A stretch of DNA of 61,461 nt, from assembly GCA_041686025.1 (NCBI GenBank), contig JAWLEP010000018.1, forward strand, positions 1-61,461. Direction: 5' to 3'. Positions 58,467-61,461 of the stretch are shown piece after piece (the first letter of the stretch is position 1; each line of letters starts with the position of its first letter). Source of the stretch: Candidatus Fermentibacteraceae bacterium. GTDB lineage: Bacteria > Fermentibacterota > Fermentibacteria > Fermentibacterales > JCC-6. The position numbers and the translations under genes were made by a program. The notes beneath the pieces were generated by a model that was given only the letters and a program-made list of their open reading frames with translations, made no database searches and was not told the DNA's origin.

Positions 58467-59654
58467 ATGATCTGCAGGATACACGGCGGCAGAGGGGAGA
58501 TCGGCGGCAACTGCATAGAGCTGATCGAAGGCTCGCAGCGCATAGTTTTGGACATGGGCATTCCCCTGGCTGCCGAAGACCCGGATGAAGTGCCTCTTCC
58601 GAATGTCCCAGGCCTGCTGGAGCCTGACGAAAGCCTGCTGGGAGTGCTCGTCTCCCATTCTCACCTGGATCACTACGGCCTTCTCAGTCGGGTGGGCGAT
58701 CATGTCCCCATCTACATGGGAGAGGCCGCTGCAAGGATGATCGAGGAGGCGGCATTCTTCACCAGGATGCCCCCCCCCAAGAACATCAGCCCATGCCTGA
58801 GAGCAAGGCAGCCCCTGGAACTCGGACCGTTCAGCATTACACCCTATCCTGTCGACCACTCCGCGTACGAGAGCTTCGCCTTCCTTGTGGATACGGAGGA
58901 TGACAGGCTCTTCTACACTGGCGATATCAGAGCCCACGGCTACAAGGCCAGACTAATGGAGGAGCTGCTCCGGAACCCACCGGCCGGAGTGAACAAGCTG
59001 ATCATCGAGGGCACCAGAGTCCCGCCGAACGGTGAACAGGATACCCACGGAAACATGTCCGAGAATGATGTGGTGGATGCTCTGGCGGATGTTTTCAGAA
59101 AGACAGAGGGCCTGGCAATGGTGGTCTGCTCCGGGCAGAACATCGACCGGATCGTGAGCGTAACCAAAGCCGCAAATCGCTCAAATCGAGCGATCCTCCT
59201 CGACCTCTACGCCTCCACCATGCTCCAGGCAACCGGGAATCCGAAGGTACCGCAGCACTATCGGAAGAACACCAGCGTCTTCATACCCCAATCCCAGAGA
59301 GTGGCAGTTCTGGAGGCCTCAGAGTTCTGGCGGACAGAAGAGCTCGGGGCCGACAGGATCTACGTCAAAGACATAAGGAGAGACCCGTCCCGCTGGGTGG
59401 CCATGGTCAGAGTCTCCACCGTTCCCGAGCTGCTAAAGGCAGACTGCCTGGAAGGCTCTTCGGCAGTCTGGTCGATGTGGCCCGGCTATCTCGAAGACAC
59501 GGGCTCGGGCCGCGGATTCAGCAAACTCTGCGCTGAGAATGGAATCCCCATTGAGGTCATCCATGCTTCCGGGCACGCCCCGGCGGAGTTCCTGAAGCGT
59601 TTCGAACGCGCCATCAACGCCAAAGAGGTCATCCGCGTACATTCCCTGGCCTGA
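58467..59654 (+). CDS. MBL-fold/beta-CASP nuclease (RNase J-like)
   Basis: EIGGNCIE, SHSHLDHYG, DHS, YTGDIRAHG, IEGT, HASGHA, VH. Confidence 0.87.
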   Translation: MICRIHGGRGEIGGNCIELIEGSQRIVLDMGIPLAAEDPDEVPLPNVPGLLEPDESLLGVLVSHSHLDHYGLLSRVGDHVPIYMGEAAARMIEEAAFFTRMPPPKNISPCLRARQPLELGPFSITPYPVDHSAYESFAFLVDTEDDRLFYTGDIRAHGYKARLMEELLRNPPAGVNKLIIEGTRVPPNGEQDTHGNMSENDVVDALADVFRKTEGLAMVVCSGQNIDRIVSVTKAANRSNRAILLDLYASTMLQATGNPKVPQHYRKNTSVFIPQSQRVAVLEASEFWRTEELGADRIYVKDIRRDPSRWVAMVRVSTVPELLKADCLEGSSAVWSMWPGYLEDTGSGRGFSKLCAENGIPIEVIHASGHAPAEFLKRFERAINAKEVIRVHSLA

Positions 59655-59763
59655 TCAAAACCCAAAGGTGCCGACACCTCCCGCCCGCAGCAGGGCTTGC
59701 GGCAAGGCCTTAACGCTGTCTGCATTCGCTTCGAGTACAACGACTTTGATAATCCCGGCATTT

Positions 59764-59783
59764 CGCGACATTACGTCGTCGCG
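59764..59783. promoter_or_regulatory. Palindrome CGCGAC-N8-GTCGCG upstream of the HTH gene
   Basis: Inverted repeat followed by a TATAGT -10-like hexamer. Confidence 0.55.
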
Positions 59784-59840
59784 TCATGCCCTTATAGTAA
59801 TCGAAAGAGCAAAGCGAATGGAAGCAACAGGAGCTGAGGT

Positions 59841-60497
59841 TTGGAAAATCCCGAAGGCCTTCCCGAAGATTTCGTAGCCTATACCCACCTGGATACCGTC
59901 TTCATCCTGGACAATAGAGAAGACATGCTGAAGATGATAGCCGGCGAATGCCGGAAGCTGAAGGTCAAGCTCTGCGTTGCTCAGACCCTCACGGAGTTCC
60001 TTGCCATTCCCTTCTTCCTGGCCTTCATCAATCCGCAAGCACCTACAGAAAGCGGTTGGAGCAGGCTCGCGGAGTGGATGGAGGAAAGGGACGCCAACCA
60101 TTACAAGATCCTCCTCACAGAAGATCCCCCAGGCGACGCGCCACGGACGCGATCCCTCGTCACTACGCCCGAAGAGATAACACCCGACTTCATCAAATTC
60201 CTGATCCTGAAAACCAGGGCGTCCATGCGAAGAACCAGCAGGCTCTGGTCGAAGACGGAGCGCAGAATAGTGAGGATCATGTACATGCTGCGCGAGATGG
60301 ACATGGGCCGCACGATCAGAACCGCCGAGATAGCCCGGGAATTCGATGTCACCCAGCGGACAATACAGAGGGATATCGCACTGATGGAGATGTCGTGCTA
60401 CCCGATAATCAGAGAGAAGAGGGGCCAGTACCGCCTGCCGGAGGGCTTCCACATCTACGAGTTCTACTACGGTGGGCAGGAGCCCCCTGATGAGTAA
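59841..60497 (+). CDS. Regulator: receiver-like N-terminus plus C-terminal HTH_11 (WYL-regulator-type wHTH)
   Basis: TAEIAREFDVTQRTIQRDIALM; SD AGGAG/GAGG before a TTG start. Confidence 0.7.
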   Translation: MENPEGLPEDFVAYTHLDTVFILDNREDMLKMIAGECRKLKVKLCVAQTLTEFLAIPFFLAFINPQAPTESGWSRLAEWMEERDANHYKILLTEDPPGDAPRTRSLVTTPEEITPDFIKFLILKTRASMRRTSRLWSKTERRIVRIMYMLREMDMGRTIRTAEIAREFDVTQRTIQRDIALMEMSCYPIIREKRGQYRLPEGFHIYEFYYGGQEPPDE

Positions 60498-60580
60498 GTC
60501 AACTTGCAATTCTCATGGTTGTTTGATCGTGGGATCGGGAAAATGCCCATCCCGCCCCGCCCGAAAGGAGTTTAACCCAG

Positions 60581-61461
60581 ATGTCCGTCGCGACCGATTA
60601 CGTACCCCTGCACGTGCATACCAGCTGCAGTCGAGGACTTAGCACATTAGGTGTAGAGCGACTGGTGAGAGGTGCAGCCGGCCTTGGATTAAGTGCCCTA
60701 GGCATCGCAGATCCCATGACGCTGTCATGCGCCTGCCGCTTCGAGAGCCAGGCGATGAAGGCCGGGATCAAGCCGATCATCGGCTCCGAGGTGACCGTCG
60801 AATCCGAGAAGACCGGAGCCGGCGAGTCCAAAGAGCACCGCTTGGTTCTCATATGCCGCAGCGAAGAGGGCTACCGGAACCTCTGCCGAATTCTCAGCTT
60901 GGCAACAAACAACGAAGGAATGCCCCCCAGACGGGTCCATCTGGAGCCCATTCTGCAATCCAGCGCCGGGCTGACATGCGTCTGCTCGCCGCCGGAGATC
61001 GATGACGATGAGGATAGGACCAGTGCCCGGAATGTCACACTCGGCAGGCTCAGGGAGGCCTTCGACGCGAGCCTCTACCTCGAGCTTCTGCCGGAGAGCA
61101 ACGCCGGGGCAAAACGGGCAAACGGAATCCAGGCGCAGACGGGCAAGAGACTGAATATCTCTCTTGCGGCCGGTGGGAGGATAACCTGCCTCGAGCCCGA
61201 AGACGGCAGCTCCCTCAGGGTGCTGCAAGCAGTAAGAATGAACAGGATGGTATCGGACGTTCCCGAGACAGACAAATGCTCAACCGGCATCACTCTGAGC
61301 GATTGCGGCCGCATGGGGGAGCTGTTCGCCGAATACTCCGAGGCCCTGTCTAATTCACGCCTGATCGCAGATGGCTGCTCCCTGAGGCTTCAGGGGCTGT
61401 ACAACAGAGCAGGCATCAGCACCGATCCAGATGCTGCGGAGCGATTCAGGCAGAAGGTCTG
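60581..61461 (+). CDS. dnaE: DNA polymerase III alpha family (DnaE/DnaE2-like), PHP domain; 3' partial
   Basis: Hand translation: YVPLHVHTSCS, ALGIAD, GIKPIIGSEV, LVLICRSEEGYRNLCRILS, LYLEL, EALSNS..IADGC; SD AAGGAG; open to the window end. Confidence 0.82.
   Translation, partial: MSVATDYVPLHVHTSCSRGLSTLGVERLVRGAAGLGLSALGIADPMTLSCACRFESQAMKAGIKPIIGSEVTVESEKTGAGESKEHRLVLICRSEEGYRNLCRILSLATNNEGMPPRRVHLEPILQSSAGLTCVCSPPEIDDDEDRTSARNVTLGRLREAFDASLYLELLPESNAGAKRANGIQAQTGKRLNISLAAGGRITCLEPEDGSSLRVLQAVRMNRMVSDVPETDKCSTGITLSDCGRMGELFAEYSEALSNSRLIADGCSLRLQGLYNRAGISTDPDAAERFRQKV

Noticed and set aside
49..61314. Many long Arg/Gly/Pro-rich ORFs in the track (e.g. 7972-10848 N-terminal part, 24139-26814, 19846-21654, 44430-44804)
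   Set aside because: Shadow frames of real genes in high-GC DNA; true starts were reassigned where motifs or SDs allowed
1..61461. CRISPR array, tRNA or rRNA genes
   Set aside because: No regularly spaced repeats or RNA-gene signatures seen by eye

Overview
GC-rich bacterial chromosomal window. Secreted proteins carry T9SS/FlgD-like C-terminal tails and there is a gingipain-type protease, which suggests an anaerobic FCB-group organism (inference). From left to right: a CotH kinase fusion; a three-gene biotin acyl-CoA carboxylase; a PII-like + PTS-EIIA + eight-gene Mrp/Mbh-type membrane module with only one MrpD-like subunit; an arsenic/redox cluster (arsR-arsP-trx-trx-ccdA, arsR-arsM); two convergent ArsR-controlled ABC exporter operons with an unannotated Cys/His micro-protein; secreted beta-propellers and a C25 peptidase; a CsgG/LPP20/FlgT-like lipoprotein trio; NiCoT/DUF1007, TspO and an orphan Doc toxin; AmrS radical SAM plus a SpeE-like membrane protein; a TPP riboswitch with non-Cys thi4; and a mosaic, more AT-rich defence-like right end (ATPase-nuclease, AbiE TA, DUF488, NYN, IS3 remnant, MBL/beta-CASP, HTH, dnaE). 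The best candidate for a new system is a NYN RNase cassette with a promoter, a short UUCG-hairpin RNA and a terminator placed before the gene (type III toxin-antitoxin-like layout). Also notable are a chimeric abiEi/GNAT deletion scar and the Mbh A-H-like module with regulators. All family calls come from motif recognition, not database searches.
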